Origin: Candidatus Obscuribacterales bacterium
GTDB lineage: Bacteria; Cyanobacteriota; Vampirovibrionia; Obscuribacterales; Obscuribacteraceae
DNA length: 64,000 nucleotides
Reading direction: 5' to 3'
NCBI GenBank assembly: GCA_965228855.1
Contig: CBDDIJ010000005.1
Coordinates: 1-64,000, forward strand
Under the pieces are notes generated by a model. That model was not told the origin of the DNA. It made no database searches and saw only the letters and a list, made by a program, of their open reading frames with translations. A program made the position numbers and the translations under genes. This document shows, in pieces, positions 1-8,786 of this stretch (position 1 is the stretch's first letter; each line of letters starts with the position of its first letter).

Positions 1-2946
1 AGTTTTAAACAACGTGAGCCGCTCGGAGAGCTTGATTATCGCTTCAGCGCGCCCGTAATCTTTCGAGTCGAAAGCGTGAGCCTTTTGCTGGGTAAGCATG
101 CTGATTTGAGCATCAATCGTAGACAGAACTACGGTAATCGCATCAATAAAATCGTCTTCGCTGGAGAAGACGAATCCAGCCTCGCGAGCCCGCTCGAAGC
201 GCTGCACAGTCTCCTTCGACATAACCGGAAGTTCGGTGAATGACTCTTGAGGAAAAGACGAGGCTTCTTCCATCGGCGGATCGAGCAATTCCTCTTTCTC
301 CGCCACCATAGAGAACTCAGTTACAACGGAAGGCTGCTCCCACCCCGCCTCAGAAACGTCTCCAGACTCCGAAGCACTCATCTCAATGGTGTGCCAGTCT
401 CCCGATTCGGCTACAGATTCTTGACTTTCTGAACCTTCGATTTCATCATCCTGCCCGGATTCGAATTGCTCGAGTGCCTCAGCGTCGACGCCTTCATCCA
501 GCGGCGCATCAAAAATCTCGTCGGCATCATCCGACTCGGCGTGTTCGCTATCAAAGTCTTCGCTTTCTTCGTTCGCAACCTCTTCAATTACGTCCTCGTC
601 TTCAGAGGTTTCTAAGTCAATGCCGTCATCACTGCTCTCTTCATGCGAGATATCGTCGCCCTCATGCTCGGAGGCGTCGTAATCAGTCGCCTCTTCAGCA
701 GCATCATCCTCTTCCGAATGTTGCGGAGGAGGCAGAGGCGGCGGCGGCTCCGGTGCATGGAATCCGTGCATGTGCTGAGGAGGTAGCCCTGGAGCGTTGT
801 TGAACGGGATGGGGAAACCCATCGGCACGGAATTGAAAGTAGGCGGCGGTGGTGGCACGGGTTGAGTCGGTTGCCCACCCGTGTTGTATTGCTGTTGCAG
901 CATAGGCGGAGTCAGTTGCCGATGACCGCCGGTGTTGTGTTGATTTTGCAAGTCTGGAGGGGCTCCGGGCACCATATGGGAAGGCATCCCGGGTGGCATC
1001 GCTTGTGGTGGCATCGCAGGCGGCATCGCCTGTGGTGGCATACCAGGCGGAGGCATTCCTGCCGGCAGGGATGGGGCGGACATGCCCTGCGGGTACAGGG
1101 GCGCTGAACCTGGCGGTGGCACCATGGGCTGTTGGTGTGCTCCTGATTGCGTAATCCCCGGTTGAATCATCCCCGGGAAGCTAGGCATCCCCGGAGGAGG
1201 AGACATTAAATGAGGGGGCGCAGGCGGCACTGGTGGCTGCATGACGTAGCCTGGCGCCATCGCATTCGGTGGCATTGGATTGGGCGCTTGGGTAGAGAAT
1301 ACACCGCTTGGATTAATTTGAGATGCTTGCTGCTGCGTTGAATACGCCCCGCTTTGATTTACCGGAGACGCCTGCTGTTGCGTTGAATACGCCCCACTTT
1401 GATTAACACGCTGTTGCACACCATAGACGCCGCTCTGACTTATTTGTGAAGGAGGAATATGTACTCCTTCAGGTTTCAGCAGTTCGGGCGGATCAGAGGC
1501 GTTTCCATAGCTCGGATAATTCTGAGGAGGTGGCGGCGCCATCAAGTTGTCGAATGACGGGCGGGGAGCATCGGGGCGTGCAAGTTGTTGAGTGCCCGGT
1601 ACGGTGTTCCACTTATCGTTTTCGCGCTGAGGCTGAGACTGAGGTTGGTTTTGGATTGAATCACGCGTGTTCTGCATAAACTGCTGCCAATCATTTTGCA
1701 TGGAGCGCGGCGATGAAACTGACTTCCACTCGCCTTCGCTTTGTGCAGTTCCGCCTTGAGCGGACATAACGCCGCTCTGACTGAAGTCGTCCACAGGTTT
1801 GAACGGATTGGAATCGACTCGTCGATAAGGACCGGAGTTTTGCTGCTGGTCCACACGATGAACAGCCGAGTCTGAAGATCTAAATGCACCGGACTCAGAT
1901 GAACTGTCCGGTTTTGCGCCCTGGGTTGTGCCGAAAGGTGGAGCGTGCATCGACTGCCTGAATCTGTCGGTTTCCGACTGGGCGGCTTGCGCAACCTGGT
2001 TGCTGATGTCATCTATGAATCTATCGGCTCGGGGTGGAGCGACATCCGAAATTCGGGGAGAAGAGTCAGAAGCTGGTCTTCCGTTGCGCTGCCCAAGCAA
2101 TTCAGGACTCTCCGAGTAGTCCTTCTCCTGATAGCCCAAGGCGCCTGGCGCAGCAGGAGCCTCCGGCACTATGCCGATATCTTCGAGCCGGAAAAGCTCG
2201 CCGGGCTGTGCTTCATCGCTTGCAAATCTGATTAGACCGTCGAGAAGAGCCCGATACACGCTTGGAAACAAATCCGGCTCAATAGCCTTATTTACAATCG
2301 TCCAACTGACCGCCATTCCATCGCTCTCGGGCGTAATAGTCAGATAGCTGCCGAAGGAAGTTGGCGAAGTCGAGAAGCCCAGCAGTTTATCGCTGGGCAA
2401 AATATAGGTTTCTATGCTTGAGACCGTGCCGCGGACAGCCAGAGTCCAATATCTTGTCGAAATTCGGCCCGCAAAAACCTCGATAGTTCCTCTGGCGGTC
2501 TCGTGCCAGCTGGAAAGGTCCTCCGTGACCAGAGACGGGCGAATCCAGGCCAATTCAAGGTCGGATCCACCTGTGACCCGATTAAACTCGTATGCTGTGT
2601 TCTGAAAGTTGTCGAACATACGGTCAACGATGCGAATCATCGCCTCTTTGATCGCCTCGTTCTTCTGACGTTCACCGGCTTCGAAGGCTGCTTTTCCGGT
2701 GGGAATGCGCGCAAGTAAGTTGTGAGAATCCTTGGGATTCTGTTTGTAGTTATTCAGGACCTTTGATTTCCAAACGCCGGAAATCATCTCTTCTTCTTTG
2801 CTACGCGGGTTTACAGGCGCTGCTGCCGGCTCCGGCGCAACCTCTTGAGAACCAACATCATCAGTCAGGTCGTCATTGTTAGGCTGTAAAGCCTTCAATT
2901 TCACCTTCGTCGCGCGAGCTTTGCCCTTCTTGCGTTTCGGCCACAT
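1..2946 (-). CDS. Large hypothetical protein (>982 aa, 3' end beyond window); globular N-terminal region then long P/Q/M-rich and D/E-rich disordered tracts
   Basis: Manual minus-strand translation from ATG at 2946 (MWPKRKKGKARATKVKL...) stays open to position 1 (...AEAIIKLSERLTLFKT); absent from the ORF track because no stop lies inside the window. Confidence 0.85.
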   Translation of the reverse strand, partial: MWPKRKKGKARATKVKLKALQPNNDDLTDDVGSQEVAPEPAAAPVNPRSKEEEMISGVWKSKVLNNYKQNPKDSHNLLARIPTGKAAFEAGERQKNEAIKEAMIRIVDRMFDNFQNTAYEFNRVTGGSDLELAWIRPSLVTEDLSSWHETARGTIEVFAGRISTRYWTLAVRGTVSSIETYILPSDKLLGFSTSPTSFGSYLTITPESDGMAVSWTIVNKAIEPDLFPSVYRALLDGLIRFASDEAQPGELFRLEDIGIVPEAPAAPGALGYQEKDYSESPELLGQRNGRPASDSSPRISDVAPPRADRFIDDISNQVAQAAQSETDRFRQSMHAPPFGTTQGAKPDSSSESGAFRSSDSAVHRVDQQQNSGPYRRVDSNPFKPVDDFSQSGVMSAQGGTAQSEGEWKSVSSPRSMQNDWQQFMQNTRDSIQNQPQSQPQRENDKWNTVPGTQQLARPDAPRPSFDNLMAPPPPQNYPSYGNASDPPELLKPEGVHIPPSQISQSGVYGVQQRVNQSGAYSTQQQASPVNQSGAYSTQQQASQINPSGVFSTQAPNPMPPNAMAPGYVMQPPVPPAPPHLMSPPPGMPSFPGMIQPGITQSGAHQQPMVPPPGSAPLYPQGMSAPSLPAGMPPPGMPPQAMPPAMPPQAMPPGMPSHMVPGAPPDLQNQHNTGGHRQLTPPMLQQQYNTGGQPTQPVPPPPPTFNSVPMGFPIPFNNAPGLPPQHMHGFHAPEPPPPLPPPQHSEEDDAAEEATDYDASEHEGDDISHEESSDDGIDLETSEDEDVIEEVANEESEDFDSEHAESDDADEIFDAPLDEGVDAEALEQFESGQDDEIEGSESQESVAESGDWHTIEMSASESGDVSEAGWEQPSVVTEFSMVAEKEELLDPPMEEASSFPQESFTELPVMSKETVQRFERAREAGFVFSSEDDFIDAITVVLSTIDAQISMLTQQKAHAFDSKDYGRAEAIIKLSERLTLFKT

Positions 2947-3178
2947 GGACGCCTTGCCCTCGTTTACTAAACAGAGCGGTTATATACATTAGAGGATGTA
3001 CCCTACTAAAGACGGGTTCAAAACCTCCGCTTCCCCATGCCCGAAAAAGGCTGAAAGCTTCTCAATTCTTGATTTTTACAAGACACTTTTTCGAAGAAAA
3101 ACAGTTACTATTTACTTGTCGCCCAGGCTCGATTGCGTATGATGCTGGAGGCGACTTGGAACCCGTGGAGGGCAGTAA

Positions 3179-6079
3179 TTGATGCCTGGCTCTAACAACG
3201 GGAGCCGCGATTTCGTGGAAGCCGATGTCATCACGGTTCGAGGCGCCCGACAACACAATCTAAAAAATATCAGTTTAAAAATCCCGCGCAACAAGCTGGT
3301 CGTCATAACCGGCGTGAGCGGCTCGGGAAAGTCATCTCTTGCTTTCGACACTATCTTTGCCGAAGGTCAAAGGCGTTATGTCGAGTCGCTGTCGGCTTAC
3401 GCTCGACAGTTTCTTGGACAGCTGGATAAGCCCGACGTAGATGCCATCGAAGGCTTGAGCCCTGCGATTTCGATCGATCAAAAAGCGACCAGTCACAACC
3501 CGCGTTCGACAGTCGGAACCGTGACGGAAATCTATGATTACATGCGGCTCTTGTATGCACGCATCGGCATACCACATTGCCCAAACTGCAAACGAAAAAT
3601 CAATCCGCAAACAATCGACCAGATTGTCGATCAGGTCCTCTCCCTTCCATCCGGAACTAAACTGCAGGTGCTGGCACCACTGGTCTCCGGTAGAAAGGGC
3701 GAGTATCAAACGCTTTTCTCGGATCTCCGAAAAGAGGGATTCGCGCGCGTTAGAGTCGATGGAAAGGTCCACCATCTCGACGATGATATCGAGCTTGACA
3801 AACAGAAGAAACACGATATCGAACTCGTCGTTGACCGGATCGTGATGAAGGGCGGCATCCAATCACGCCTGGCCGACAGTATCTCAGTCGGACTGAAGTG
3901 GGGAAAGTCCAACGTCTTAATCGACATTCTTTCAAGCGACGATGAAGACGCAAAAGGCGAGAAAGAACCTTTGCTGTTCTCTGAAAATTTCGCCTGCGCC
4001 AACTGCAACATCAGCTTTGCCGAAATCTCGCCTCGCGTATTCAGCTTCAATAGCCCTTATGGAGCTTGCGCCGATTGCGACGGCTTAGGAGCAACTTTCG
4101 AAGTCGATCCATCGTTGGTCGTTCCAGATCCATCGAAAACGCTTGCCGAAGGAGCGATCTATCCCTGGGCAAAAACCGGCAACAACTATTACGACCAGAT
4201 TATCGCTTCGGTAGCGAAGCACTACAAGTTTAAAACCGACGTTCCATTTTCGTCTCTGACGAAGAAACAACAAGGCTATATCTTGTTCGGCTCCGGCGAT
4301 GAGAAGATCAAACTCGGACACGATTCGTTCGACGGTTCGGAGTTCTGGACTTACAAGAAAGCATTCGAGGGCGTAGTACCAAACCTGGCAAGACGGCATT
4401 CCGAGACGAATTCGGACAAGGTGCGCAACGACATTGAAGAATACATGACTCAAATGTTGTGCACCAAATGCGATGGCTCAAGGCTGAAAGCTGAAAGTCT
4501 GGCAGTCACCGTTGGAAAAAGTTCGATTGCAGAAGTAAGTCGATTGCCGATTTTGAAAGCGGCTCAGTTTTTCAACGACTTGCCGGAGCAGTTAAACGAA
4601 AGACATAGCAAAATAGCGCATCAGGTCTTGCTTGAGATTCAAGCACGGCTGAAGTTCCTCACCGACGTAGGACTCGGATATCTGACTTTGGAACGTCAAG
4701 CCGGCACCTTATCCGGTGGCGAGGCGCAACGTATACGATTGGCCACGCAGATCGGTTCCGGTCTTTCCGGAGTTCTCTACGTATTGGACGAACCATCTAT
4801 CGGGCTTCACCAGCGCGACAACAATCGACTTATCGCGACGCTGAAACATCTCAAAGATCTGGGCAACACCTTGCTCGTGGTCGAACACGACGAAGATACC
4901 ATTCGCGCTGCTGATTGGATCATTGATATCGGTCCTGGTGCCGGTGTTCATGGTGGCGAAGTGGTGGCAGAAGGAAAAATCAAAGCGATTGAATCTCAAA
5001 AGAGATCATCTACCGGTGCATATCTTTCCGGAAGAAAACGCATAGAAGTTCCAGCCAGAAGGCGCACAGGCAGCGGTAAGAAGCTGAAAGTGTTTGGTGC
5101 GAAGCTCAACAATCTCAAAGACATCGATCTAGAAATTCCACTTGGAAAATTTGTCGCTGTCACCGGTGTTAGTGGCTCAGGGAAATCAACTCTGGTTAAC
5201 GATCTGATCTACCAATACTTACGGCACTTTCTCCATGGCACAGTGCCCATGCCCAAAGGATTGAAAAAGGTCGAAGGCGCGGAGCAGCTGGACAAGGTGA
5301 TCGACATAGATCAATCACCAATCGGTCGAACCCCCAGATCGAACCCTGCCACATACACCGGTCTGTTCGACGCTATTCGCGAAATCTTTTCGATGACGAC
5401 AGAAGCTAAAGCACGCGGATATCTTCCCGGTCGTTTTTCGTTCAACGTCAAAGGCGGTCGCTGTGAAGCCTGTCACGGCGAAGGGATGAACGAAATCGAG
5501 ATGAACTTCCTGCCGTCGGTTTTCGTAACCTGTGAAGTATGCAAGGGTGCACGCTACAACCGCGAAACTCTCGAAGTAAAATTCAAGGGCAAGTCTATCG
5601 GCGACATCCTCGACATGACCGTCGAGGACGCATGCGCTTTCTTCAAAGACATTCCGAAGGCCCACGCAAAACTGGAGACATTGATGGAAGTCGGACTCGA
5701 GTACGTCAAACTCGGTCAACCGGCAACGACGCTGTCAGGCGGCGAAGCTCAGCGGGTCAAACTGGCGGAGCAACTCTCGAAACGCTCCACAGGAAAAACG
5801 ATTTACATCCTGGACGAGCCGACTACCGGCTTATCCTTCGCCGATGTGGACAAATTGTTGCACGTTCTCAATCGGCTTGTAGACAGCGGAAACACGGTAC
5901 TTATCATCGAGCACAACCTGGATGTTATTAAACAAGCAGATTGGGTCATCGATCTGGGACCGGATGGAGGCGAGGACGGCGGAACAATTGTGGCGAAGGG
6001 CGAGCCAGAAGACCTGCTCAAGGTCAAAGCCTCGTTCACGGGTCAATTCCTCAAAGGTCCGCTGAGCGTTCCCGTTTAA
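3179..6079 (+). CDS. uvrA: Excinuclease ABC subunit A
   Basis: GARQHNLKN start, two Walker A motifs (GVSGSGKS), LSGGEAQR signatures, Zn fingers, 966 aa. Confidence 0.99.
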   Translation: MMPGSNNGSRDFVEADVITVRGARQHNLKNISLKIPRNKLVVITGVSGSGKSSLAFDTIFAEGQRRYVESLSAYARQFLGQLDKPDVDAIEGLSPAISIDQKATSHNPRSTVGTVTEIYDYMRLLYARIGIPHCPNCKRKINPQTIDQIVDQVLSLPSGTKLQVLAPLVSGRKGEYQTLFSDLRKEGFARVRVDGKVHHLDDDIELDKQKKHDIELVVDRIVMKGGIQSRLADSISVGLKWGKSNVLIDILSSDDEDAKGEKEPLLFSENFACANCNISFAEISPRVFSFNSPYGACADCDGLGATFEVDPSLVVPDPSKTLAEGAIYPWAKTGNNYYDQIIASVAKHYKFKTDVPFSSLTKKQQGYILFGSGDEKIKLGHDSFDGSEFWTYKKAFEGVVPNLARRHSETNSDKVRNDIEEYMTQMLCTKCDGSRLKAESLAVTVGKSSIAEVSRLPILKAAQFFNDLPEQLNERHSKIAHQVLLEIQARLKFLTDVGLGYLTLERQAGTLSGGEAQRIRLATQIGSGLSGVLYVLDEPSIGLHQRDNNRLIATLKHLKDLGNTLLVVEHDEDTIRAADWIIDIGPGAGVHGGEVVAEGKIKAIESQKRSSTGAYLSGRKRIEVPARRRTGSGKKLKVFGAKLNNLKDIDLEIPLGKFVAVTGVSGSGKSTLVNDLIYQYLRHFLHGTVPMPKGLKKVEGAEQLDKVIDIDQSPIGRTPRSNPATYTGLFDAIREIFSMTTEAKARGYLPGRFSFNVKGGRCEACHGEGMNEIEMNFLPSVFVTCEVCKGARYNRETLEVKFKGKSIGDILDMTVEDACAFFKDIPKAHAKLETLMEVGLEYVKLGQPATTLSGGEAQRVKLAEQLSKRSTGKTIYILDEPTTGLSFADVDKLLHVLNRLVDSGNTVLIIEHNLDVIKQADWVIDLGPDGGEDGGTIVAKGEPEDLLKVKASFTGQFLKGPLSVPV

Positions 6080-6193
6080 AACCAGTTCAGAACCGCGATT
6101 TGACAGCCTCCAGCTCTGGCGCATTTGGTTTACAACTGCATGAAACTCCATTCCATCGGGATCGGGTATCATATGCACAGCGCACCGAGGTAA

Positions 6194-6679
6194 TTGCAAT
6201 TGCATTCCCACAATCACGAGAAAGAACAGCAGCAAGCGGATTCCCCAGCAGATCCGGTGTTCGATAGTCTGCGCAAACGCGGGCATCGTGTGACCGCGCA
6301 GCGCGAATTGATCCTGCAGATTTTTCGAGACCTGCCTCACGGACAACATCTTTCGGCGGAAGAATTACATGGCGCACTGGTTGAGCGAGGCTCCAGCGTC
6401 AGCCTCGCTACCGCTTATCGCACCTTGAAGTTGTTGACCTCCATGGGCTTGCTTCGCGAACTTGATTTTGCCGAAGGTCACAAGCATTATGAGCTGAAGC
6501 AGGACGATCTGCCGCATCAACACATCATTTGTACACGCTGCAACTCCACGCTGGAGTTCGAAGATCACTTTCTGGAAGAAGCCGGCCAAAAGATTGGCGC
6601 CCGCTACAACTTCGATGTCGTGGACGCACAGTTCAAAATCTTCGGTTTGTGCCCCGACTGTCGAAAGCTAAGCCGATAG
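6194..6679 (+). CDS. fur: Fur-family metalloregulator (cyanobacterial FurA-like)
   Basis: RVTAQRELIL, HLSAEEL, SLATAYRTLKLL, RELDFAEGHKHYEL, HQHIICTRC, C-terminal CPDC; TTG start uncertain. Confidence 0.95.
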   Translation: MQLHSHNHEKEQQQADSPADPVFDSLRKRGHRVTAQRELILQIFRDLPHGQHLSAEELHGALVERGSSVSLATAYRTLKLLTSMGLLRELDFAEGHKHYELKQDDLPHQHIICTRCNSTLEFEDHFLEEAGQKIGARYNFDVVDAQFKIFGLCPDCRKLSR

Positions 6680-6717
6680 GCGTAAACGGTTTTTCAACCG
6701 AACAATTGGAGCGGGTT

Positions 6718-6984
6718 TTGAACGATAAAGTGAAAACGCTAGCTGAAGCAAAGGACGGAGATTGGCTCATAGTCACGGGCACGTCTGACAATGACGTAAA
6801 GTGGCAGGCATTGAGATTTGGTATCGGCGAAGGCTCGCTGATTCAAGTGCAGAAAAATATTCCGAAAGGGCCTGTAATTATCAGCAAGAAGCATGTTGAA
6901 ATAGCGATAGGACGCGAATTGGCAAAGAGCGTCACCGTCGATCCCGCTCAGCCGCCACGTGCGAAGCAGAAATCCGATGGATAA
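6718..6984 (+). CDS. feoA: FeoA-family protein
   Basis: 3' part of ORF 6529..6984: TLAE..., ALRFGIGEGSLIQV, GPVII, IAIGRELAKSVTV; TTG at 6718 preceded by GGAG. Confidence 0.85.
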   Translation: MNDKVKTLAEAKDGDWLIVTGTSDNDVKWQALRFGIGEGSLIQVQKNIPKGPVIISKKHVEIAIGRELAKSVTVDPAQPPRAKQKSDG

Positions 6985-7315
6985 AAAGACCGGACCGAAC
7001 TGCACGAAGTGCCAGATGCCGCTCACGATCACATCGGCGACATCCATATCGGTGCGCTGCCCCCGGTGCAGCACCTGGCAGGATATCGACCCGTCGTGCG
7101 CCGGAAGCTGCCTGAGCTGCCACAAAACGCATCAGTCACAGCCCTCGCCGTGCACCTCGGAAGTGTCCGATCGCGAATTTCCTATAAGTAATTCTTCAGG
7201 ACAAGGTAATAATTCTTGCTCAAATGTGGTACGAACAAAACGAGAGGCTAATCTCGGGCCACTCCTACTGCTCAAGCAGGCCTGGCAAGTTCTAACGAAC
7301 CGCCTATTCATGTAA
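6977..7315 (+). CDS. Small Cys-rich protein (zinc-ribbon-like CxxC...CxxC plus Cx3CxxCx9C)
   Basis: ATG at 6977 overlaps the feoA end; CTKC, CPRC, CAGSCLSC...PC motifs. Confidence 0.7.
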   Translation: MDKKTGPNCTKCQMPLTITSATSISVRCPRCSTWQDIDPSCAGSCLSCHKTHQSQPSPCTSEVSDREFPISNSSGQGNNSCSNVVRTKREANLGPLLLLKQAWQVLTNRLFM

Positions 7316-7409
7316 GATAAGCTATGGGGGCTTACTAACAAGATATGAAGGCTTTTGAACGGTTCCTGCACATCAATCTCGGTTCCTCAGTTCGGTTATT
7401 AGGGATTCA

Positions 7410-8702
7410 ATGGTGAGTAAAATCAATCCCTGGAAAATTCAAGGCTATAAGCCCGGCCAAATCGTACAGTGCAAGATTCAGAAGGCTGAACCCGGCGGCT
7501 ACGCTGTGGTGCTAGTTAAGGATAATATTCCAGGGTATCTTCCTTCCAATGCCAGACATAACTTCGGTGACGAAGTCCTCGCCACGTTCGTTTGCATCGA
7601 CAAGAGCCGTGTTCTCCTGTCTGAGCGATTCACGGCAGGCAGCTCCGGCAAAGGCGGAGCGCCGGTCAAGAAGAACTATGGTCCGGACTGGTCCCAGCAT
7701 TTAGACGAGCTGGACTCGAACTACACGACGGGCGCTCAGCAAGCCGCTCCCGATAATTCCAATCAGTATCTTACTGGTCCCCTCCCCGCCCAGGCGCCGG
7801 TCGACCCGTATTCGAACGAAGGCTATCAGCAACAGCAGTTTGCTACCGGACCGCTCCCGCAGCAATTCAATCCACCGCAACAACAATATGCGACCGGCCC
7901 CTTGCCGTCCCAGCAAACGCCCGAGCAATACATGGGCGGCGATCAAGGAAATCAATATCTAACCGGAGCGCAACCTGCCCAGCGTTACGCAGATGGCGTT
8001 CCCAGTCGCAGATTCCAGTTGCGTCGAGCCATCGACTTGATCATGCCTCCAATCGACGGCGAGACAATCAGCACGATGCGTATCGGCGATTATGACGTGG
8101 AGTGGCTTATAACTCAGCTGGAAGGCGGGATGTTCACCGGCTGCGTCAAAGCCGCTTGTGAGAGTCGCTTGTCCCGTGCGGCGATGTTGTTATACAAAGG
8201 ACGCGCCGTGGGCTGCATATATGGATGCAAAGCTGACCCGACGACCAAGCCGACCGAAGAGTCGCTTCAAGCGATGCTCAGCGATCTGGAGTCACCAGAT
8301 ACGGTGGTATCGCAATACGACCTGCCGGAAGAAATTACTCTAGCCATGTCCTCCCTCTTCCTTGGTTATCCTGTGGAACGGCATGACGACTACAGCGCCA
8401 AAGAGTATCTCGATTATATTTGCAATTGGTTAGGTCAGAAGAATGGAACTGCAACTCTTGCAATTTCACTGACACAAGACCGGGGAACGTGCCTGGGCTA
8501 TATCTACAAAGGCCAATTCTCCGGTGCATTCTATGTTGAGGATCAGGCTTACCGAGCAGATCGAGCATTTGTCGATGAGATGTTGGAGAACGATCCGCAA
8601 GCCGCGCTGGAAGTTTCAATCTTGCCCCCGGAAATGCACGCGAGCGCTGTCCGTTTTGGATTCAGCCTGAGCATGGCGAGAAACAGAAATAACCCCATGT
8701 AA
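7410..8702 (+). CDS. Hypothetical protein: S1-like N-terminus, Q/P-rich repeat linker, duplicated DUF2226/DUF4388-like C-terminal module
   Basis: YKPGQIVQCKI...GYLP...GDEVLATFVCID resembles an S1 OB fold; two similar units (LEGGMFTGCV...LLYKGRAVGCIY / LGQKNGTATL...YIYKGQFSGAFY). Confidence 0.8.
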   Translation: MVSKINPWKIQGYKPGQIVQCKIQKAEPGGYAVVLVKDNIPGYLPSNARHNFGDEVLATFVCIDKSRVLLSERFTAGSSGKGGAPVKKNYGPDWSQHLDELDSNYTTGAQQAAPDNSNQYLTGPLPAQAPVDPYSNEGYQQQQFATGPLPQQFNPPQQQYATGPLPSQQTPEQYMGGDQGNQYLTGAQPAQRYADGVPSRRFQLRRAIDLIMPPIDGETISTMRIGDYDVEWLITQLEGGMFTGCVKAACESRLSRAAMLLYKGRAVGCIYGCKADPTTKPTEESLQAMLSDLESPDTVVSQYDLPEEITLAMSSLFLGYPVERHDDYSAKEYLDYICNWLGQKNGTATLAISLTQDRGTCLGYIYKGQFSGAFYVEDQAYRADRAFVDEMLENDPQAALEVSILPPEMHASAVRFGFSLSMARNRNNPM

Positions 8703-8736
8703 GTCGAGCTATCCGTTTGAAACAGAAACAATTAAA

Positions 8737-8763
8737 AGGGGATGCGTCCATAACGCATCCCCT
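8737..8763. terminator. Hairpin terminator between convergent genes
   Basis: Perfect 11-bp stem AGGGGATGCGT/ACGCATCCCCT, 5-nt loop, A-tract on the left. Confidence 0.85.
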
Positions 8764-8786
8764 CTCTGTAGGTTTCGTACAGGCGA

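Noticed and set aside
2947..3178. LexA/SOS box upstream of uvrA
   Set aside because: No convincing match to known LexA palindromes seen by eye
6140..6212. Fur box near the fur start (TGAAACTCCATTCCAT; AATTGCAATTGCATTCCCA)
   Set aside because: Only a loose 7-2-7 resemblance to the 7-1-7 Fur consensus, and partly within the coding start; not supportable without a motif model
7100..7125. CxxCH (CLSCH) as a heme c site in the Cys-rich protein
   Set aside because: No export signal, and the motif is part of a larger Cys cluster better explained by Fe-S or Zn binding
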